DNA of 64,000 nucleotides, from contig CACDVW010000002.1 in NCBI GenBank assembly GCA_902556355.1, positions 10,462 through 74,461 of the forward strand. Direction: 5' to 3'. A program made the translations under genes and the position numbers. Shown one piece after another: positions 21,596 through 36,049 of the stretch (position 1 is its first letter; each line of letters begins with the position of its first letter). Below the pieces are notes generated by a model. The model was not told the DNA's origin. It searched no databases and saw nothing but the letters and a program-made list of their open reading frames with translations. Origin of the DNA: an uncultured SAR86 cluster bacterium (GTDB lineage Bacteria; Pseudomonadota; Gammaproteobacteria; Magnimaribacterales; D2472).

Positions 21596-23698
21596 TTATG
21601 AGGTTTTTAAACCCTCTGCAATGTTGCTTGGAACTTCACCATACTTAGTAAATTCCATAGTGAATGTAGCCCTACCCTGGGTTGCAGATCTAAGATCGGT
21701 TGCATATCCAAACATTTCAGCTAAAGGTACTTCTGATGAAACTTCTTTGCCTGAGGTAATATCTTCCATTCCTAATATAATTCCTCTTCTTCTGTTTAAA
21801 TCACCAACAACGTCACCCATGTGTTCTTCAGGAGTTACTACAACAACCTTCATAATAGGCTCTAATATTGCAGGTTTGGCTTTGTTAGCGCCTTCTTTTA
21901 GCGCCATTGAACCAGCAATTTTGAAAGCCATTTCGTTTGAATCAACATCATGGAATGATCCATCATACAATGTTGCCCTTAAAGCCAATAAAGGATATCC
22001 GGCAATCACACCATTTTGCATTTGTTCTTGAATTCCCTTATTAACAGCAGGTATATATTCTTTAGGTATCACACCACCAACAATTTTATCTACAAATTCG
22101 TATTCATCATCAAGTCCTAAAGGTTCAAGTTTTAACCAAACATGTCCGTATTGACCTTTACCACCTGATTGTCTTACAAACTTTCCTTCTACCTCAACCG
22201 TCTCTTTGATTGTCTCTCTGTATGCTACTTGAGGTTTACCAATATTTGCCTCAACTGAGAATTCTCTTTTCATACGATCAACAAGCACATCTAAATGCAA
22301 CTCACCCATACCAGAAATTATGGTTTGTCCGGATTCTTCATCACTTGCTACTCTAAATGATGGATCCTCTTGAGCAAGTTTACCCAATGCTAAAGACATC
22401 TTTTCTTGATCTGGTTTTGATTTTGGTTCGACTGCTACTGAAATAACCGGTTCAGGGAAATCCATTCTTTCTAATACAATTGGCTTATCAGCATCAGACA
22501 ATGTATCACCAGTTGTTATATCTTTTAAACCAATACAAGCTGCAATATCACCAGCTCTAACTTCTTTAATTTCTTCTCTATTATTTGAATGCATTTGCAC
22601 CATTCTTCCAACTCTTTCTTTTTTTGACTTTGTTGAATTAATAACTGCATCACCAACTGATAAAACACCAGAATATACTCTTATAAATGTAAGGGTTCCA
22701 ACAAATGGATCAGTAGCAATTTTAAATGCAAGCGCAGAAAATGGCTCTTCGTCTGATGATTTTCTAGAGTCCTCAACCTCATCTTCTTGCGAGTTATTTG
22801 GAATAACGCCTGTTATTGCTTTAACCTCATCCGGCGCTGGTAAGAAATCAACTACAGCGTCAAGCATAGCTTGGACACCTTTATTCTTGAACGCTGAACC
22901 ACACAAACCAACAATTAACTCATTTGCCAATGATCTTATTCTTAAACCTTCTTTTATTTGCTCTACTGAAAGTTCACCAGATTCTAGGTAAGCATCCATA
23001 AGCTCTTCATTGGCCTCAGCTGCTGCTTCAACCATTTCTTCTCTTAGTTGAGAACATTTATCAACTAGTTCAGCAGGAATTTCTTTTGAGTCAAAAGTAA
23101 GACCTTGATCATCTTCATTCCAGTAGATTGCTCTGTTGTTTATAAGATCAACAACACCTTTAAAATCTTCTTCAGCACCGATGTTATATTGAATTGGAAC
23201 GATATTGGCTTGAAGCCTTGTTTTAATTTGCTCTACAACCTTTTCAAAGTTTGCTCCAGCTCTATCCATTTTATTAACAAATACAACTCTTGGAACTTCA
23301 TATCTATTTGCTTGTCTCCATACTGTTTCAGACTGAGGCTCAACACCAGAGGTACCACAAAAAACCACTACAGCACCGTCAAGAACTCTTAGAGATCTTT
23401 CAACTTCAATTGTAAAATCAACGTGACCTGGCGTATCGATAATATTTATTCTGTGCTGAGGAAACTGTTGCTCCATTCCACTCCAAAAACATGTGGTAGC
23501 AGCAGAAGTAATTGTTATACCTCTTTCTTGTTCCTGTTCCATCCAGTCCATTGTGGCAGCACCATCATGAACTTCTCCAATTTTATGAGAAAGTCCGGTA
23601 TAAAAAAGAACCCTTTCAGTTGTTGTTGTTTTTCCGGCATCAACGTGTGCACATATACCAACATTACGATATTTATTTAAAACAGTTTGTCTTGCCAT
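21596..23698 (-). CDS. fusA: Translation elongation factor G
   Basis: 700 aa, [21 protein letters not shown]-domain, colinear with EF-G. Confidence 0.97.
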   Translation of the reverse strand: MARQTVLNKYRNVGICAHVDAGKTTTTERVLFYTGLSHKIGEVHDGAATMDWMEQEQERGITITSAATTCFWSGMEQQFPQHRINIIDTPGHVDFTIEVERSLRVLDGAVVVFCGTSGVEPQSETVWRQANRYEVPRVVFVNKMDRAGANFEKVVEQIKTRLQANIVPIQYNIGAEEDFKGVVDLINNRAIYWNEDDQGLTFDSKEIPAELVDKCSQLREEMVEAAAEANEELMDAYLESGELSVEQIKEGLRIRSLANELIVGLCGSAFKNKGVQAMLDAVVDFLPAPDEVKAITGVIPNNSQEDEVEDSRKSSDEEPFSALAFKIATDPFVGTLTFIRVYSGVLSVGDAVINSTKSKKERVGRMVQMHSNNREEIKEVRAGDIAACIGLKDITTGDTLSDADKPIVLERMDFPEPVISVAVEPKSKPDQEKMSLALGKLAQEDPSFRVASDEESGQTIISGMGELHLDVLVDRMKREFSVEANIGKPQVAYRETIKETVEVEGKFVRQSGGKGQYGHVWLKLEPLGLDDEYEFVDKIVGGVIPKEYIPAVNKGIQEQMQNGVIAGYPLLALRATLYDGSFHDVDSNEMAFKIAGSMALKEGANKAKPAILEPIMKVVVVTPEEHMGDVVGDLNRRRGIILGMEDITSGKEVSSEVPLAEMFGYATDLRSATQGRATFTMEFTKYGEVPSNIAEGLKTS

Positions 23699-23720
23699 AA
23701 TTTTTTTACTTAATTAATGA

Positions 23721-24191
23721 TTAAAATCTGAAATGAGAGAAAGCTTTGTTTGCTTCAGCCATTTTGTGAACATCTTCTCTTTTTCTAACAGCAGAACCTT
23801 TTTTCTGTGAAGCATCAAGAAGTTCTCCAGCAAGTCTTAAATTCATAGATTTTTCACTTCTTTTTCTTGCTGCATCTACAATCCATCTCATAGCGAGAGC
23901 TTGTCTTCGTGCAGGTCGAATTTCAATTGGAACTTGATAGTTTGCACCGCCAACTCTTCTTGACTTAACTTCAACAACCGGACTGACTTCTTCTAAAGCT
24001 TTCATAAAAACATCTAATGGCTCTTCCTTGGATGTTTTAGTAATTTGATCAAATGCTCCATATACAATTTTTTCTGCAACAGACTTTTTGCCATCTTTCA
24101 TTAGATTGTTCATAAATTTAGCAAGAATTACATCCTTGTACTTAGGATCTGGTAAAACTTTTCTTTTCTCGGGACTTCTTCTTCTTGGCAT
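23721..24191 (-). CDS. rpsG: 30S ribosomal protein S7
   Basis: 156 aa starting [18 protein letters not shown]. Confidence 0.97.
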   Translation of the reverse strand: MPRRRSPEKRKVLPDPKYKDVILAKFMNNLMKDGKKSVAEKIVYGAFDQITKTSKEEPLDVFMKALEEVSPVVEVKSRRVGGANYQVPIEIRPARRQALAMRWIVDAARKRSEKSMNLRLAGELLDASQKKGSAVRKREDVHKMAEANKAFSHFRF

Positions 24192-24193
24192 AA

Positions 24194-24565
24194 TTATTTA
24201 CCTTTCTTAGCTCCATATTTGGATCTTCTTTGCTTTCTATTAGCAACTCCTGATGTATCAAGCGTACCTCTAACTGTATGATATCTGACACCAGGTAAAT
24301 CTTTTACCCTACCACCTCTTATTAGAACTAATGAATGTTCTTGAAGGTTGTGACCTTCTCCACCTATGTATGAAGTTACTTCATACCCACTTGTTAATCT
24401 AACCCTACAAACTTTTCTAAGAGCAGAGTTAGGTTTTTTTGGTGTTGTTGTATAAACACGAGTGCATACGCCTCTTCTTTGTGGGCATGCATTTAGTGCC
24501 GGTACGTCAGTCTTTCTAACTTTTGGTTTTCTAGACTTTTTTAATAATTGATTTACTGTTGCCAT
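24194..24565 (-). CDS. rpsL: 30S ribosomal protein S12
   Basis: 123 aa starting [15 protein letters not shown], with [11 protein letters not shown]. Confidence 0.97.
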   Translation of the reverse strand: MATVNQLLKKSRKPKVRKTDVPALNACPQRRGVCTRVYTTTPKKPNSALRKVCRVRLTSGYEVTSYIGGEGHNLQEHSLVLIRGGRVKDLPGVRYHTVRGTLDTSGVANRKQRRSKYGAKKGK

Positions 24566-24590
24566 AATAATTTATTTTAGTTAGGTCGCG

Positions 24591-24619
24591 ATTTTATAGA
24601 GCAGATAAGCCGCGGTCAA
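24591..24619 (-). promoter_or_regulatory. Putative sigma70 promoter of rpsL-rpsG-fusA
   Basis: Minus strand reads TTGACC (24614-24619), a 17-nt spacer, TAAAAT (24591-24596), then the discriminator CGCGACC. It starts 2 nt after the rpoC stop codon. Confidence 0.5.
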
Positions 24620-24621
24620 CA

Positions 24622-27600
24622 TTATTCCTCATTTTCTTGAAGTTCTTGTCTTAGCGCTGCCTCTATATCATCAGCAGAAAGTGTTTGTTCCTCAAGATCG
24701 TATTGTTTTTTATTTTTTAGTCTGTCATGGAACTCCATACCTGTACCAGCAGGTATTAACCTTCCAACAACAACGTTTTCCTTAAGACCTCTTAGATGAT
24801 CTTTTTTACCAGTTACTGCAGCCTCAGTTAAAACCCTTGTAGTTTCTTGGAAAGATGCAGCTGAAATAAATGAATCAGTTGCAAGTGATGCTTTCGTTAT
24901 TCCCAATAGTACTCTTTCAAATTCTGCTGGAGTTTTACCATCAGCCTCAACTTTTTCATTTTCTTCTTTCAATTCAGCATAACTAACTTGATCACCTTGA
25001 ATGAACTTAGTATCACCGCCATCGATAATTAATGCTTTTCTTAACATTTGTCTTAAGATGGTTTCAATATGCTTATCATTGATTGATACCCCTTGAAGTC
25101 TATATACATCTTGAATTTCATTAACTATAAAGTTTGTTAATTCAGGAATACCTTTTAGTCTAAGGATGTCATGAGGACTATATGGGCCGTCAGAAATAAT
25201 ATCGCCTTTAGAGATTCTTTCACCCTCAAATACAGATAATGTTCTATGTTTAGGTATTAACATTTCGGCATTCTGTGATTTTTTAGTAGCTCCTTCAGGT
25301 GTTATAACCAATCTAACTTTACCTTTAGTCTCTTTACCGAATGAAATAATTCCAGTTTCCTCTGATAAAACTGCTGCATCTTTTGGCTTTCTTGCTTCAA
25401 ATAGATCAGCAACTCTAGGTAAACCACCAGTAATATCTTTAGTTTTTGATGCAACTAAAGGCATTCTTGCTATAACTTCACCAGCAGTTATTTTTTGACC
25501 ATTAGCAATATTGACTAGGCCTCCCGCAGGTAATGGATACTCAGCAGGTGCTTTAAATTCTCCCATTAACAAAGTCTTACCTTTAGAGTCTTGAATCAAA
25601 ACTTTTGGCGACATATCTCTTCCGGCAGTTGGTCTATCTGAAACCTCAAGAATTTCCATACTTGAAAGACCAGTAAGATCATCCATCTGCTCTCTAACTG
25701 TTACGCCGTCATCAATGTCTTCAAATTTAACTTTACCTGAAACTTCGGCAATAATTGGTCTTGTATATGGATCCCATGATGCAATTTTAATACCTGCTTC
25801 AAGCTCAGATTTGTCTTTAACTTCAAGAGTGGCGCCATATGGAACTTTATATTGCTCAATAATTTTTCCGCTTGCTTCAGTGATTGTTGCCATTGCATTT
25901 CTTGAAACAACAACTTCGAGCTTATCTTTATTTGTTACAGTTTTAATATCATCACTAAAAGTGACAACACCATCATTTTTATTGAAAATTGCATTGTCTT
26001 CTGATGCGCTTGATGCAGCACCACCAATGTGGAAAGTACGCATAGTAAGCTGAGTGCCTGGCTCACCAATTGATTGAGCTGCAACAACACCAATTGCCTC
26101 ACCTCTATGAACTAGGTGACCTCTTGCTAAGTCTCTTCCATAACACTTGGAACAAACACCTATAGATGCCTCACAAGTCATTGGAGATCTAACTTTAAGA
26201 GACGCTAGGTTTAAAGACTCAATTCTATCAACCGCATCTTCATCTAGCATTGTATCTTTTGCATAAAGTTCATTACCATCGCTATCTAATATTGGTTCAG
26301 CAATAACTCTTCCTAAGATTCTATCTGTTAATGGTTGTATTATTTCTCCACCATCAATAATAGATGTAACAGTAATTGAATTTTCAGTACCACAATCATC
26401 AATATTAATAACTGAATCCATTGATACGTCACATAGTCTTCTAGTTAAGTAACCTGAATTAGCTGTCTTCAAAGCAGTATCAGCAAGACCCTTCCTTGCT
26501 CCATGAGTAGAAATAAAGTATTGAAGAACAGACAGACCTTCACGGAAGTTAGCTGTAATTGGTGTCTCAATAATTGATCCATCAGGCTTTGACATTAAAC
26601 CCCTCATACCGGAAAGCTGTCTAATCTGTGCAGGTGAACCCCTTGCTCCAGAATCAGCATATATATATACGGAATTAAATGATGATTGTTCTACATTTTT
26701 TCCATCAGGAGTTTCAGCAGTTTCAGTACTTATCTTCTCCATCATAGCCTTAGCTACCTGCTCGTTTGCTCTAGACCATATGTCAATAACTTTGTTGTAT
26801 CTCTCGCCTCTAGTGACAAGACCTGAATCAAATTGTTTCTCAATTGCTTTTACTTCTTTTTCTGAATCATCAATAATCTTTGCTTTCTCCTCTGGAATTA
26901 CAAAATCATTAACTCCAATGGATGATCCTGATTTAGTTGAAAAATCAAAACCTAGATACATTAGTTGGTCTGCAAAAATAACAGTTTTCTTAAGTCCAGC
27001 TCTTCTGTATGAAATATCAACAAGCTTGGAGATTAGTTTTTTATTTAAAACTTTATTAATATTCTCAAAGCCTACTTCAACAGGTGTTATTCTCCATATT
27101 AAAACTCTACCCACGGTAGTCTCATGAATAGCTTTGTCACCATTTTCGTTAGTGATTCTAACTTTTATTGATGAATGAATATCTAAAGTTTCAGTTTCAT
27201 ATGCTCTCAGAACCTCATCTGGATCACTAAATACTCTGCCATCTCCAATTGCATTTGCATTATCTCTAGTCATGTAATACAACCCAAGCACGACATCTTG
27301 CGTTGGATTAATGATTGGTGAACCGTCAGCAGGTGACAAAATATTATTAGTTGACATCATTAGAGCTCTTGCTTCTAACTGCGCCTCTAAAGTTAAAGGT
27401 ACGTGAACAGCCATCTGGTCTCCATCAAAGTCGGCATTAAAAGCAACACAAACTAATGGATGCAATTGAATAGCTTTACCTTCAATTAACTTTGGCTCAA
27501 AAGCCTGAAGTCCTAGTCTATGCAGTGTAGGAGCTCTGTTTAGCAATACTGGATGCTCTCTAATAACATCATCTAAAACTTCCCAAACTTCTGGTGTCTC

Positions 27601-28803
27601 TCTCTCAACTAATTTTTTAGCAGCTTTAATAGTTGTAGCTAGCTCTCGTTGTTCAAGTTTTCCATAAACAAAGGGCTTGAATAACTCAAGTGCCATTTTC
27701 TTAGGTAAGCCACATTGGTGTAATTTTAAATTTGGGCCAGAAACAATAACTGATCTTCCTGAATAATCTACCCTTTTACCCAACAGATTTTGTCTAAATC
27801 TTCCGCCTTTACCTTTAATCATATCAGCGAGAGATTTAAGAGGTCTTTTGTTTGTTCCTGTTATAACTCTTCCTCTTCTTCCATTATCTAGAAGTGCATC
27901 AACAGATTCTTGTAGCATTCTCTTTTCATTTCTTACAATAATCTCTGGAGCACTAAGCTCTAGCAATCTTTTAAGTCTGTTATTTCTATTGATAACTCTT
28001 CTATAAAGATCGTTAAGGTCAGATGTAGCAAATCTTCCTCCCTCAAGAGGTACAAGCGGTCTAAGATCAGGTGGTAATACTGGTAATACATCCATTATCA
28101 TCCACTCTGGTCTGTTACCAGATTCGTTAAATGCCTCAAGAAGCTTTAAACGCTTTGAAAGTTTTTTTAGCTTTGTTTCAGAATTAGTTTGAGGTATTTC
28201 TTCTCTAATTTCTCTAATTTCTTCATTGATATCTAACTCTTCAAGAAGAATTTTTACAGCTTCAGCACCCATACCAGCAGAGAACTCATCACCAAATTCT
28301 TCATATTTCTCAACCCATTCTTCTTCAGTAAGAATTTGTCCCTTTTCAAGTTCAGTAAGGCCTGGATCAGTAACAATATAGCTTTCAAAATAAAGAACTC
28401 GTTCAATTTCTCTTAGAGTGGTGTTTAGAAGAAGTCCAATTCTTGATGGCAAGGACTTAAGAAACCAAATATGAGCAACAGGAGCAGCCAAATCGATATG
28501 ACCCATTCTTTCTCTTCTTACTTTTGCGAGAGTAACCTCAACTCCACATTTTTCACATACAACCCCTCTATGCTTCATTCTTTTGTACTTACCACAGATG
28601 CATTCATAATCCTTGATAGGTCCAAATATTTTTGAACAAAATAAACCGTCTCTTTCAGGTTTAAAGGTTCTGTAGTTAATAGTTTCAGGTTTTTTTACTT
28701 CACCAAAAGACCAAGATTTTATTACCTGAGGAGAAGCTAGACCCGCAGAAATGGTTGTGAAATCATCCTGTCCTGTTTTTAAAGAATTTAATAAGTCTCT
28801 CAA
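24622..28803 (-). CDS. rpoC: DNA-directed RNA polymerase beta' subunit
   Basis: 1393 aa, [12 protein letters not shown] catalytic motif, N-terminal zinc-binding cysteines. Confidence 0.98.
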   Translation of the reverse strand: MRDLLNSLKTGQDDFTTISAGLASPQVIKSWSFGEVKKPETINYRTFKPERDGLFCSKIFGPIKDYECICGKYKRMKHRGVVCEKCGVEVTLAKVRRERMGHIDLAAPVAHIWFLKSLPSRIGLLLNTTLREIERVLYFESYIVTDPGLTELEKGQILTEEEWVEKYEEFGDEFSAGMGAEAVKILLEELDINEEIREIREEIPQTNSETKLKKLSKRLKLLEAFNESGNRPEWMIMDVLPVLPPDLRPLVPLEGGRFATSDLNDLYRRVINRNNRLKRLLELSAPEIIVRNEKRMLQESVDALLDNGRRGRVITGTNKRPLKSLADMIKGKGGRFRQNLLGKRVDYSGRSVIVSGPNLKLHQCGLPKKMALELFKPFVYGKLEQRELATTIKAAKKLVERETPEVWEVLDDVIREHPVLLNRAPTLHRLGLQAFEPKLIEGKAIQLHPLVCVAFNADFDGDQMAVHVPLTLEAQLEARALMMSTNNILSPADGSPIINPTQDVVLGLYYMTRDNANAIGDGRVFSDPDEVLRAYETETLDIHSSIKVRITNENGDKAIHETTVGRVLIWRITPVEVGFENINKVLNKKLISKLVDISYRRAGLKKTVIFADQLMYLGFDFSTKSGSSIGVNDFVIPEEKAKIIDDSEKEVKAIEKQFDSGLVTRGERYNKVIDIWSRANEQVAKAMMEKISTETAETPDGKNVEQSSFNSVYIYADSGARGSPAQIRQLSGMRGLMSKPDGSIIETPITANFREGLSVLQYFISTHGARKGLADTALKTANSGYLTRRLCDVSMDSVINIDDCGTENSITVTSIIDGGEIIQPLTDRILGRVIAEPILDSDGNELYAKDTMLDEDAVDRIESLNLASLKVRSPMTCEASIGVCSKCYGRDLARGHLVHRGEAIGVVAAQSIGEPGTQLTMRTFHIGGAASSASEDNAIFNKNDGVVTFSDDIKTVTNKDKLEVVVSRNAMATITEASGKIIEQYKVPYGATLEVKDKSELEAGIKIASWDPYTRPIIAEVSGKVKFEDIDDGVTVREQMDDLTGLSSMEILEVSDRPTAGRDMSPKVLIQDSKGKTLLMGEFKAPAEYPLPAGGLVNIANGQKITAGEVIARMPLVASKTKDITGGLPRVADLFEARKPKDAAVLSEETGIISFGKETKGKVRLVITPEGATKKSQNAEMLIPKHRTLSVFEGERISKGDIISDGPYSPHDILRLKGIPELTNFIVNEIQDVYRLQGVSINDKHIETILRQMLRKALIIDGGDTKFIQGDQVSYAELKEENEKVEADGKTPAEFERVLLGITKASLATDSFISAASFQETTRVLTEAAVTGKKDHLRGLKENVVVGRLIPAGTGMEFHDRLKNKKQYDLEEQTLSADDIEAALRQELQENEE

Positions 28804-28812
28804 TTTTATCTC

Positions 28813-31800
28813 CTAGTTTTCTGAATCTAATTCAAGATTAATACCCAAAGATTTAATTTCTTTACTAAGAACATTAAATGACTCAGGTATATTCGCATCC
28901 ATTTCGTAACTACCATCAACGATGTTTTTATACATCTTAGTTCTACCAGAAACATCATCTGATTTAACTGTTAACATCTCTTGTAATGAGTATGAAGCGC
29001 CATATGCCTCAAGTGCCCAGACTTCCATCTCACCAAATCTTTGGCCACCAAATTGAGCTTTACCACCCAATGGTTGTTGAGTGACTAAGCTATATGAACC
29101 AGTTGATCTAGCATGCATTTTGTCATCAACCAAGTGATTTAATTTGATGATGTACATGTAACCAACGGTAACTGGTCTATCAAATTTACTTCCTGTCCTT
29201 CCGTCATATAGGGTGATTTGTCCAGATTCTGGTAAATCAGCTAATTTTAATAAATCTTTAACTTCACTTTCTTTGGCACCATCGAATACAGGTGTTGCAA
29301 TTGGCAAACCATCTTTAAGATTATTTGCTAATTCAAGAATTTCAGAATTATTGAATGATGAAATGTCTTCTTTGTTAGCTGCATTTTTATTGTAAAGCTT
29401 GTCTAAATATTCTTTTAGTTCTGCAGGCTTAGAATTTGATTTGATCATTGAATCAATTTTTTCACCAATACCCTTCGCAGCATATCCCATGTGCGTTTCA
29501 AGAATTTGTCCAACATTCATCCTAGATGGAACACCCAATGGGTTTAGAACAATATCAACAGGATTACCATTGTCATCATAAGGCATATCTTCTACAGGCA
29601 TAATTTCAGAAATAACACCTTTATTACCATGACGACCAGCCATCTTATCACCAGGTTGAATTCTTCTTTTGATAGCTAAATAAACTTTAACAATCTTTAT
29701 TACACCTGGAGCAAGGTCATGTCCTCTAGTAATTTTGGCTTTCTTTTCATCAAATCTTGTTTTGATATCTTTGATATATTCGTTGTAACTTTTTTCAGTA
29801 TCTTCGATAACATCATTTACGTTGTCAGCATCTGTTCTGATTGAGAAAATATCATTTATTTCAAGCGATTCTAATTTTTCTAAAGAAAGTGTTTCACCCT
29901 TTTTAACACCATTTCCTTTGATAGCTTTTTTATTTTTTAATAATTCACACAACCTTGTTTTAGTTGCCTGCTCTACAACTGTAGCCTCATCATCAGCATC
30001 TTTTTTAGATTGATCTAGATGATCTTGTTCGATTGCTTGTGTTCTTTCGTCTTTCTCAACACCATCTCTTGTAAAGACCTCTACGCCGATAACGGTACCC
30101 TTTGAGCTAGATCTTTGTGATGTATCTTTAACATCAGAAGCTTTTTCTCCAAATATAGCTCTTAATAATTTTTCTTCAGGTGAGAGTTGGGTTTCTCCCT
30201 TTGGAGTAATCTTTCCAACCAATATATCACCTGGCGCTACCTCAGCACCAACATAAACTATTCCACAATCATCTAGTTTGTTAAGTGATCCCTCGCCAAC
30301 ATTTGGTATATCAGCAGTAATTTCTTCTGATCCAAGTTTAGTGTCTCTTGCCACACAGACAATTTCTTGAATGTGAATAGAGGTAAATCTATCTTCTCTA
30401 GCAACTTTTTCTGATATAAGAATTGAATCCTCAAAGTTATATCCATTCCATGGCATAAAGGCAATACGAATATTTTGCCCTAAAGCTAGCTCACCATTAT
30501 CTACAGATGGTCCATCAGCTAGAACATCTCCAGCTTTTACCACATCACCAATCTGTACAATTGGTCTTTGATTTATACATGTATTTTGATTTGATCTAGT
30601 ATATTTGACTAAGTTATACACATCGGATGCTGATTTAGATTTCTTATCTGTTACTCGAACAACTATTCTTGAAGCATCAACACTCTCAACAACGCCATTA
30701 TTTTTAGCAACAATACATACTCCAGAATCTCTGGCAACAACGGATTCAAGCCCAGTTCCTACTAAAGGCTTTTCAGCTCTTAGAACTGGAACTGCCTGTC
30801 GTTGCATATTTGATCCCATTAATGCCCTGTTAGCATCATCATGTTCCAAGAAAGGTATTAAGGATGCTGCAATTGATACAACCTGTTGAGGAGATACATC
30901 CATTAAATCAACTCTGTCAGGTGACATGAGCTCAAATTCACTTGCATGCCTTACTGCAACAAGATCATCTACAAATTTGCTATTTTTATCTAAAGCAACG
31001 TTTGCCTGAGCAATAACATGCTCAGCTTCGTCAATTGCAGATAGATAAATAATTTCATCTGTTACTTTTCCATTAACAACTTTCCTATATGGAGTTTCAA
31101 TAAACCCATACTGATTTGTTCTTGAATAAGAAGCAAAAGAATTAATTAATCCAATATTTGGTCCTTCCGGAGTTTCGATAGGGCATACTCTTCCATAATG
31201 AGTTGGATGAACGTCTCTGACTTCAAATCCTGCCCTTTCTCTTGTTAGGCCACCAGGTCCTAGAGCAGAAACTCTTCTTTTATGAGTTATTTCAGATAAT
31301 GGATTGTTTTGGTCCATAAACTGAGATAACTGACTTGAACCAAAAAACTCTTTAATTGCAGCTGTAACAGGTTTTGCATTTATTAAATCTTGTGGACCAA
31401 GCTCATCTGCTTCTGCCATACTAAGTCTTTCTCTTACAGCTCTTTCAACTCTAATTAAGCCTACTCTAAACTGATTGGCAGTCATTTCACCAACAGATCT
31501 AACTCTTCTGTTACCTAAATGGTCAATATCATCAACAATATCATGGCCGTCTCTAATATTAACTATTCCCTTCATAACCTCAATAATGTCTTCTTTATCA
31601 AGAATATGAGGATTATCTTTCTTTGAATCTAATTTTAATCTTCTGTTGAATTTCATTCTTCCAACTTCAGAAAGATCGTATCTCTCTTCATTGAAAAATA
31701 AGTTATTAAATAAAGTTTCGGCAGAGTCTTTAGTTGGCGGCTCTCCCGGTCTCATCATTCTATATATTTCGACAAGAGCTTCTAATCTATTAGATGTTGG

Positions 31801-32874
31801 ATCTGCTCTAAGTGTGTTTGAAATATATGGTCCTTTATCTAACTCATTAATAAATAAGCATGAAATCTCGTTAATATTATTTTCTTTTAAGGCCTCTAGA
31901 ACAGCCTCATCGATTTCTGTGTTTGCAACAAATAAAACTTCACCAGTTTCTTTATTAAAAATGTCTTTTGAAAGAACCTTGCCAAAAAGAAATTGCTCAT
32001 CTAATGTGATTTCACTTACTTTTGCATTTGATAATTCTTTGATATGTCTTGCTGTAATTCTTTTGCCAGCCTCTACATAGACCTTACTTTTAACCTTAAG
32101 GTCAACAGGTAAAGTTTCACCTCTAAGTCTTTCTGGTATAAGAGCAAGTTTAACGGTGTCTTTTTCTAAAGTGAAAATATCCTCATCATAAAACTCAGAC
32201 AATATTTCCTCTGTACCCATATCTAATGCTCTTAGCATTATTGTTGCAGGTATCTTTCTTCTTCTATCAATACGACTAAACAGAATGTCTTTAGGATCAA
32301 ACTCAAAATCTAGCCATGAACCTCTGTAAGGAATTATTCTTGCAGAATATAAAACTTTTCCTGAAGAATGAGTCTTACCTTTATCATGATCATAAAAAAC
32401 ACCAGGAGACCTATGAAGCTGAGATACAACAACCCTTTCAGTTCCATTTACAATAAAAGATGCATCAGAAGTCATTAAAGGAACTTCTCCCATAAACACT
32501 TCGCCTTCTTTTATATCTTTTACTTCTTTAAAGTTTGATTCTCTATCATAGAGAACTAATTTAACTTTGATTCTTAGGGGTGCGGAATATGATAAACCTT
32601 GTATTAAGCATTCTTGAACATCATAAGTGTTCTTTCCTAGCTCATATGAAACATATTCAAGAGCAGCATTACCTGAAACACTTTTAATTGGAAATAATGA
32701 CTGGAAAACTTCTTCAAGTCCCTGTTTTTTCCTTGCTTCAGGCGCCACATCAGCTTGTAAAAATTCAGAATAAGATTTTGTTTGGGTTTCAATAAGGTTA
32801 GGAAGATCCATGACCTTTGCAAAAGTACCAAAGTTTTTTCTTATTCTTTTCTTTTCTGTATAACTGTATGACAT
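28813..32874 (-). CDS. rpoB: DNA-directed RNA polymerase beta subunit
   Basis: 1353 aa, colinear with RpoB ([33 protein letters not shown] rif cluster). Confidence 0.98.
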   Translation of the reverse strand: MSYSYTEKKRIRKNFGTFAKVMDLPNLIETQTKSYSEFLQADVAPEARKKQGLEEVFQSLFPIKSVSGNAALEYVSYELGKNTYDVQECLIQGLSYSAPLRIKVKLVLYDRESNFKEVKDIKEGEVFMGEVPLMTSDASFIVNGTERVVVSQLHRSPGVFYDHDKGKTHSSGKVLYSARIIPYRGSWLDFEFDPKDILFSRIDRRRKIPATIMLRALDMGTEEILSEFYDEDIFTLEKDTVKLALIPERLRGETLPVDLKVKSKVYVEAGKRITARHIKELSNAKVSEITLDEQFLFGKVLSKDIFNKETGEVLFVANTEIDEAVLEALKENNINEISCLFINELDKGPYISNTLRADPTSNRLEALVEIYRMMRPGEPPTKDSAETLFNNLFFNEERYDLSEVGRMKFNRRLKLDSKKDNPHILDKEDIIEVMKGIVNIRDGHDIVDDIDHLGNRRVRSVGEMTANQFRVGLIRVERAVRERLSMAEADELGPQDLINAKPVTAAIKEFFGSSQLSQFMDQNNPLSEITHKRRVSALGPGGLTRERAGFEVRDVHPTHYGRVCPIETPEGPNIGLINSFASYSRTNQYGFIETPYRKVVNGKVTDEIIYLSAIDEAEHVIAQANVALDKNSKFVDDLVAVRHASEFELMSPDRVDLMDVSPQQVVSIAASLIPFLEHDDANRALMGSNMQRQAVPVLRAEKPLVGTGLESVVARDSGVCIVAKNNGVVESVDASRIVVRVTDKKSKSASDVYNLVKYTRSNQNTCINQRPIVQIGDVVKAGDVLADGPSVDNGELALGQNIRIAFMPWNGYNFEDSILISEKVAREDRFTSIHIQEIVCVARDTKLGSEEITADIPNVGEGSLNKLDDCGIVYVGAEVAPGDILVGKITPKGETQLSPEEKLLRAIFGEKASDVKDTSQRSSSKGTVIGVEVFTRDGVEKDERTQAIEQDHLDQSKKDADDEATVVEQATKTRLCELLKNKKAIKGNGVKKGETLSLEKLESLEINDIFSIRTDADNVNDVIEDTEKSYNEYIKDIKTRFDEKKAKITRGHDLAPGVIKIVKVYLAIKRRIQPGDKMAGRHGNKGVISEIMPVEDMPYDDNGNPVDIVLNPLGVPSRMNVGQILETHMGYAAKGIGEKIDSMIKSNSKPAELKEYLDKLYNKNAANKEDISSFNNSEILELANNLKDGLPIATPVFDGAKESEVKDLLKLADLPESGQITLYDGRTGSKFDRPVTVGYMYIIKLNHLVDDKMHARSTGSYSLVTQQPLGGKAQFGGQRFGEMEVWALEAYGASYSLQEMLTVKSDDVSGRTKMYKNIVDGSYEMDANIPESFNVLSKEIKSLGINLELDSEN

Positions 32875-32915
32875 AAATGCGCCCTTTTAATTAATATAGA
32901 TTTATAGGTTTAATG

Positions 32916-33296
32916 TTATTTAAGTTCAGCTGTTGCACCGGCTTCAGTTAACTGAGCTACCATTGCCTCTGCATCATCTTTACTTGCACCCTCTTTAACA
33001 GTACTTGGTGCTCCATCAACCATATCTTTAGCCTCTTTAAGTCCAAGACCAGTAATCGCTCTTACTGCTTTAATTACTTGAACTTTTTGATCTCCAGCTG
33101 CACTTAATACAACATCAAAAGAATCTTTTTCTTCTGCTGCTGGAGCGTCGCCACCACCTGCTGCTGCAGGTGCTGCTGCAACTGCTGCTGCTGCTGTTAC
33201 ACCAAATTTTTCTTCAATATCTGAAATAAGATCAACAAGATCCATCACAGACATTTCCTCAATAGCCTTTAAAATATCTTCTTTACTAGTTGCCAT
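32916..33296 (-). CDS. rplL: 50S ribosomal protein L7/L12
   Basis: 126 aa, Ala-rich hinge and C-terminal [11 protein letters not shown] domain. Confidence 0.97.
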   Translation of the reverse strand: MATSKEDILKAIEEMSVMDLVDLISDIEEKFGVTAAAAVAAAPAAAGGGDAPAAEEKDSFDVVLSAAGDQKVQVIKAVRAITGLGLKEAKDMVDGAPSTVKEGASKDDAEAMVAQLTEAGATAELK

Positions 33297-33315
33297 TTTT
33301 AATTCTCCTTATAAT

Positions 33316-33846
33316 TTAGGCAGATGCCTTTTTTTTGTCATGAACTGCTGATAAAACTCTCGCAAGTTTACTTGGAACTTCATTTAATAAAGTAGCAAAC
33401 TTGGTAACTGGCGCTTGCAATACATTAGCAATAAGACCATAAGCCTCATCCTTAGAAGGTAAGCTAGCTAGAATATCTATCTGGCTTCCATCAAGCAATT
33501 GACCCTCAACAACTAATGCTTTGATATCTAAATTATCAAAGTTTTTAGCATATGTTTTGAGTAACTTTGCAGCTGCACCAGGCTCTTCAAATGAAAAAGC
33601 AAATAGTGATGGGCCAACTAAAACTTCATCAGAACATCCAAAATCAGTACCCTCAAATGCTAATTTAGCAAGTGAGTTTTTTATAACCTGAATGTGAATA
33701 CCTGATTGAGTAGCTTTTTGTCTTACCTCAGATAGCTCACTGACCTTAAGGCCTCTAGCATCTGAAATAACTAAAGATGATGCATTAGATGCAACTTCTT
33801 TAACTTCGCCTACAATTTTTTCTTTTTCACTTTTCGATAACGCCAC
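33316..33846 (-). CDS. rplJ: 50S ribosomal protein L10
   Basis: Start placed at the GTG (33844-33846), which has AGGAG 8 nt upstream and gives V/MALSKSEKEKIVGEVKEV, aligning with the E. coli L10 N-terminus. The longer ORF-track start at 33894 lies in the leader. Confidence 0.9.
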   Translation of the reverse strand: MALSKSEKEKIVGEVKEVASNASSLVISDARGLKVSELSEVRQKATQSGIHIQVIKNSLAKLAFEGTDFGCSDEVLVGPSLFAFSFEEPGAAAKLLKTYAKNFDNLDIKALVVEGQLLDGSQIDILASLPSKDEAYGLIANVLQAPVTKFATLLNEVPSKLARVLSAVHDKKKASA

Positions 33847-34007
33847 AGCAATTCTCCTGTTAAAGCCTTTCGGCCATTCGGCGACAAATTGCAAAATTAC
33901 AATTTGAACACCACCTACGTAGGAAATTAAGTCTTACGACACCTACGGTCTTTGACGGCTGCGTAAACGCAACTATCTAACTTTATAATTTCTTATAAAG
34001 CTAAAAC
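33847..34007 (-). promoter_or_regulatory. Probable structured rplJ (L10) autoregulatory leader
   Basis: This 161-nt untranslated gap is by far the longest inside the superoperon. It is locally GC-rich, with a GNRA hairpin GCC-GAAA-GGC (33865-33874) and the palindrome CCTACGTAGG. Its position equals that of the L10(L12)4-binding leader in E. coli. No covariance model was run. Confidence 0.5.
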
Positions 34008-34700
34008 TTAGACCAACTCTGAGGAATTAATTTTTATTCCTGGCCCCATAGTGCTACTTAAAGCAATATTACCTATGTATACACCCTTAGCAGATGCTGG
34101 TTTTAATTTTTTTAATTCTTCTAGTAATGCAGATGCATTGGCAATAATTTTATCTGTATCAAAAGATACTTTGCCAATACTTCCATGAATAATTCCGTTT
34201 TTATCTGTTCTAAATCTTACTTGTCCAGCTTTTGCATTATTTATTGCTGTTGCAACATCATCTGTTACAGTTCCAGTCTTTGGATTTGGCATTAAACCCT
34301 TTGGACCTAAAACTTGACCAAGCTTACCAACAACTTTCATTGCAGCATTTGTTGAAATTACCACATCAACATTTACTTCTTCTTTTGTAAATTTTTCTGC
34401 TAAATCATCCATACCAATAAATTCAGCTCCAGCATCTTTTGCTGCATCTGCTTGATCTCCGTCTGCAAAAACAGCAACGGTTACAGCTTTACCTAAACTA
34501 TTAGGGAGCGTTACTGCACCTCTTACATTTTGATCAGATTTATTAGGATCCACACCCAGCCTTACTGCAATATCAACAGATTCTTCGAACTTAGTTGACT
34601 TAACAGATTGCATTATTTCTAGAGCCTCAGAAACTGAGTAAGTTTTCTCAGGATCAACTTTTTCAACTAGAATTTTTTGTTTTTTTGTTAACTTACTCAT
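34008..34700 (-). CDS. rplA: 50S ribosomal protein L1
   Basis: 230 aa starting MSKLTKKQK, with [16 protein letters not shown]. Confidence 0.97.
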   Translation of the reverse strand: MSKLTKKQKILVEKVDPEKTYSVSEALEIMQSVKSTKFEESVDIAVRLGVDPNKSDQNVRGAVTLPNSLGKAVTVAVFADGDQADAAKDAGAEFIGMDDLAEKFTKEEVNVDVVISTNAAMKVVGKLGQVLGPKGLMPNPKTGTVTDDVATAINNAKAGQVRFRTDKNGIIHGSIGKVSFDTDKIIANASALLEELKKLKPASAKGVYIGNIALSSTMGPGIKINSSELV

Positions 34701-35125
34701 AAATCTACCTCAACGCCCATGCTTCTTGCTGTTCCTGCAATAATTAAAACAGCAGCATCTATGTCATTTGAATTTAAATCAGGTTCTTTTTGTTTTGCTA
34801 TATCTTCAAGTTGTGCTCTTGTTAACTTTCCAACCTTTTCTCTATTTGGTTCACCACTTCCTTTTGGTATTCCTAAAGCTTTCTTAATTAACACAGCAGC
34901 CGGAGGTGTTTTAACAACAAATGTGAAAGATTTATCTTCGTATACAGTTATAACTACTGGAAGAGGTAATCCCTTTTCTGCATTTTGAGTTTCAGAGTTA
35001 AATGCATTACAAAAATCCATTATGTTTACACCAACTTGACCTAGAGCAGGTCCAACTGGAGGACTTGGATTAGCTCCGCCCGCAGGTATTTGTAATTTAA
35101 GAATATTTGCTACTTTTTTTGCCAT
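34697..35125 (-). CDS. rplK: 50S ribosomal protein L11
   Basis: 142 aa, [20 protein letters not shown]. Confidence 0.97.
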   Translation of the reverse strand: MAKKVANILKLQIPAGGANPSPPVGPALGQVGVNIMDFCNAFNSETQNAEKGLPLPVVITVYEDKSFTFVVKTPPAAVLIKKALGIPKGSGEPNREKVGKLTRAQLEDIAKQKEPDLNSNDIDAAVLIIAGTARSMGVEVDL

Positions 35126-35652
35126 TATGTTTTCTCAATTTGTATAAACTCAAGATCAACTGGTGTTGCTCTTCCTAAAATTTGAACCGAAACCTTAACC
35201 ATATTTCTTTCATAATCAACGTTTTCAACAACACCGTTGAAATCGTTAAAAGGTCCATCACAAACTCTCACTACTTCACCTGGTTCGTATATTGTTTTTG
35301 GAGCTGGGGCATCTTCACCTACTTCAATTCTATTTATAATGTTATTAACATCTTCTTCAGAAATTGGTAAAGGTCTATCCTTTGTTCCCCCAACAAAACC
35401 AGATACTCTTGGGGTTGATTGAACTAGTTGCCAAGAATCATCTTCTAAAATCATTTGAACTAATATGTAACCAGGAAAAAATTTTCTTTCAGTTGTTTTC
35501 TTTGAACCGCCTTTTAACTCAACTATTTGTTCTGTTGGTATTAGTATCTCACCGAATTTCTCAGCAAGATTATTAAGTTCTATTTTTTCTTCAAGAGCAG
35601 CTTTAACTTTTTTCTCGTAGCCCGAATAAGCTTGAATTACATACCAATCCAT
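35125..35652 (-). CDS. nusG: Transcription termination/antitermination factor NusG
   Basis: 175 aa starting [16 protein letters not shown], with a C-terminal KOW domain. Its stop overlaps the rplK start (TAATG). Confidence 0.96.
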   Translation of the reverse strand: MDWYVIQAYSGYEKKVKAALEEKIELNNLAEKFGEILIPTEQIVELKGGSKKTTERKFFPGYILVQMILEDDSWQLVQSTPRVSGFVGGTKDRPLPISEEDVNNIINRIEVGEDAPAPKTIYEPGEVVRVCDGPFNDFNGVVENVDYERNMVKVSVQILGRATPVDLEFIQIEKT

Positions 35653-35656
35653 AATG

Positions 35657-36019
35657 TTATCCTAGTACCAGTTTAGTTAAAAAAGTTAGAAGTGATTCAA
35701 GCGCCCAAAAGAATAGGCATAGAACTATAATTGAACCGAAAACTACTAAAAATGTTTGGGTTGTTTCAATTCGAGTTGGCCAAACGACTCTTCTTATTTC
35801 TGTTCTTGATTCTCTCATTAGCTTAATTGCATTTGAACCAAAATTTGTTGTGGCTAATATGCCAAGGCCTACAATAAATAAGAATACAACCCCAAGGACT
35901 CGATATAAAAATGCAACTTCTACAAAATAACTATTACCAATAACAGCAGCAGAAAATACTGCTAATGCAGCAAACCATTTAATGTTATCTAATAATTTTG
36001 AAGTTGATCCTTTAGCCAT
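35657..36019 (-). CDS. secE: Preprotein translocase subunit SecE
   Basis: Start placed at the internal Met ([16 protein letters not shown]...); three TM segments and conserved [13 protein letters not shown]. The longer ORF would overlap tRNA-Trp. Confidence 0.9.
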   Translation of the reverse strand: MAKGSTSKLLDNIKWFAALAVFSAAVIGNSYFVEVAFLYRVLGVVFLFIVGLGILATTNFGSNAIKLMRESRTEIRRVVWPTRIETTQTFLVVFGSIIVLCLFFWALESLLTFLTKLVLG

Positions 36020-36049
36020 ATATTTCCTATTTCGGCTCCAAGTAAAACT